NCBI GenBank assembly: GCA_964016885.1
Contig: OZ024746.1
Coordinates: 83,824,001-83,888,000, forward strand
DNA from: Eledone cirrhosa
Lineage: Eukaryota
Direction: 5' to 3'
Length of the DNA: 64,000 nucleotides
Every line of letters starts with the position of its first letter. The first letter of the stretch is position 1. Under the pieces are notes generated by a model, which saw only the letters and a program-made list of their open reading frames with translations, searched no databases and had not been told where the DNA came from. Below, piece after piece: positions 62,517 to 64,000 of the stretch. The translations under genes were made by a program, and so were the position numbers.

Positions 62517-63115
62517 ATCATCATCATCACTGTTTAACGTCTATGAGTGTGTAAGGTGGGAAAGGAAGGGAGTGTGCAGGTTGAATATGGAAGGTGAATG
62601 GAGAAGGGTTAAGGAAATGCTATTTGCAGGCTAGTGTCCCCTACATGTTTCAGCCTATGCATAAGGGAAGGCGGTTCTTTTGCAGTACAGCATAAGATCA
62701 GATATTTCAATCGTGCGTCATCTCCTTTGAGAGGTTAATTGTGCAAGATCAGCTTTTATCACTTAAGGTTTCCTAGGTCTTCCTCTTTTATCAATTTTGA
62801 GTGCCCTGCACCTTTTCATACAGCTGTTATCCTCCATACATATAACATATCCATACCACTGCTGTCTCCTCTCTGGTACACTGCCCAGTTAGATACCTCT
62901 AAATTTGCTACCAGCTCAGATCTTCCCCAGTTTCCATATTCTTCTCCCCAGGTTTCTCTCTGTTTCTGGGTTCATCTGACCCTAACATTAAAGTCACTAA
63001 CTACTTGGTTATGTTGGGAGGTTCATTCCTCATCAGAGAGGGACTCTGTGTATTCAACTATCCCTATCTTGTCTTCTGGTGAGGATAAAATCAAATTGGC
63101 TGGTGTGCTCACCAA
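62517..63115 (-). mobile_element. Internally deleted RTE-clade LINE
   Basis: QHNQVVSDF, then MEDNSCMKRCRAL..RGRPRK, CT-rich 3'UTR and a gacgttaaacagtgatgatgat tail. Confidence 0.7.
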
Positions 63116-63399
63116 TGTTTAATTAGTCAATTAAACAAGTGGATAGGCTGGGGGACTTGTAGACATGAGTTTAAAATCTACTAAATTCTTGATTATTTTC
63201 AAAATTATAGACAATGTCTTTCTTTGGAAATATGGTAACAAAAGGGTTAACCAAACTTACGAAGTCTGTCAAAAAGGTAACTGACTACTTTCTTCCAAGG
63301 GAAGTAGGCATATTAGGGAGACAAAGGTGTGCAGAGTGGAGCCACATACATTCATGTGCATGTGCTAGTTGCAACAGTCACTATTAGGTATGCATGTTG

Positions 63400-63680
63400 A
63401 AGGCAAAACTGGACATAAGAGGTATCAGATATAGTGTGCAAGAGAAGAGATTACAATGGTACAGATATGCGATGCATATGAGGGTTGATCATAGAATGAA
63501 GAAATGCCAGGAGTTCTAAGTCAAAGGCAGCCATTGAAGGTGAAGATTGAGGAAAAATTGGGTAGAAGTGGTGAAAGCTAATATCAGGATGCTGAACCTC
63601 ACAGAGAAAATGAAGAAATACATGTGGAGGAAAGATATGCAAGCATGGAAAAGCAGCATAAAACTTATGATGATAATGAC
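63400..63680 (+). mobile_element. RTE-clade LINE 3' fragment
   Basis: KLDIRGIRYSVQEKRLQWY followed by an atgcaagcatggaaaag..tgatgat tail. Confidence 0.65.
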
Positions 63681-64000
63681 TGGTGATTAAACTTTTACTG
63701 TATGATTGCCACCACAAATATAAACAGAGTATCTAAAATGGAGGCTAGCAGTATGTTTAACCCTTGTGATACCAAACCATGTAACTGCCACTGGTTCTAC
63801 AGTACAAAGCTGTTTATTTTAAATATTCCATTATTTTATTATGTTCAAAACACCAGCTTATGACATCGAAAGGGTTATGAAGTTTGTTTTGCAATCACAT
63901 GGTTCCAGATCCAATTCCAGTGTGACACAATGAGCAACAGGCCAACTCAAACTTTATAAGTCAAACTGTGCAAAAGCCTACCAGATTCTTTATACTTGTT

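Noticed and set aside
63255-63330. Minus-strand donor TTC|GTAAGT at 63260 as a MELK exon
   Set aside because: No kinase-like translation and the start exon was found at 62170-62215; it might be a 5'UTR exon but this is unsupported

Overview
AT-rich eukaryotic DNA. The repeat families and gene content point to a coleoid cephalopod, probably Octopus (inference, no database search). Two convergent spliced genes were reconstructed by hand; every exon has GT-AG junctions and consistent phase. (1) On +, the 3' eight coding exons of an FBXL2/FBXL20 (SCRAPPER-type) F-box/LRR gene (1484-9955), ending in the CAAX box CVIL and followed by a probable very long 3'UTR, possibly to ~29.5 kb. (2) On -, a complete MELK kinase CDS of 15 coding exons (62215->42816, 682 aa; kinase, UBA, TP-rich and KA1 regions), with a further exon spliced directly after the stop codon. 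Introns and the intergenic gap hold tRNA-derived SINEs, RTE, CR1-group, R4-like and Penelope relics, hAT-, pogo- and piggyBac-type MITEs, and mini/microsatellites. Best leads: a cluster of hammerhead-ribozyme cores around a Penelope relic (one near-intact at 32043-32122); an exact UGA-CAR-YYA readthrough context on the FBXL CAAX stop; an 86-codon frame in the MELK terminal exon that exon skipping would join in frame; a Cys-to-Pro change in the MELK activation loop; and a polyA signal sequestered in a hairpin. All functional claims are hypotheses.
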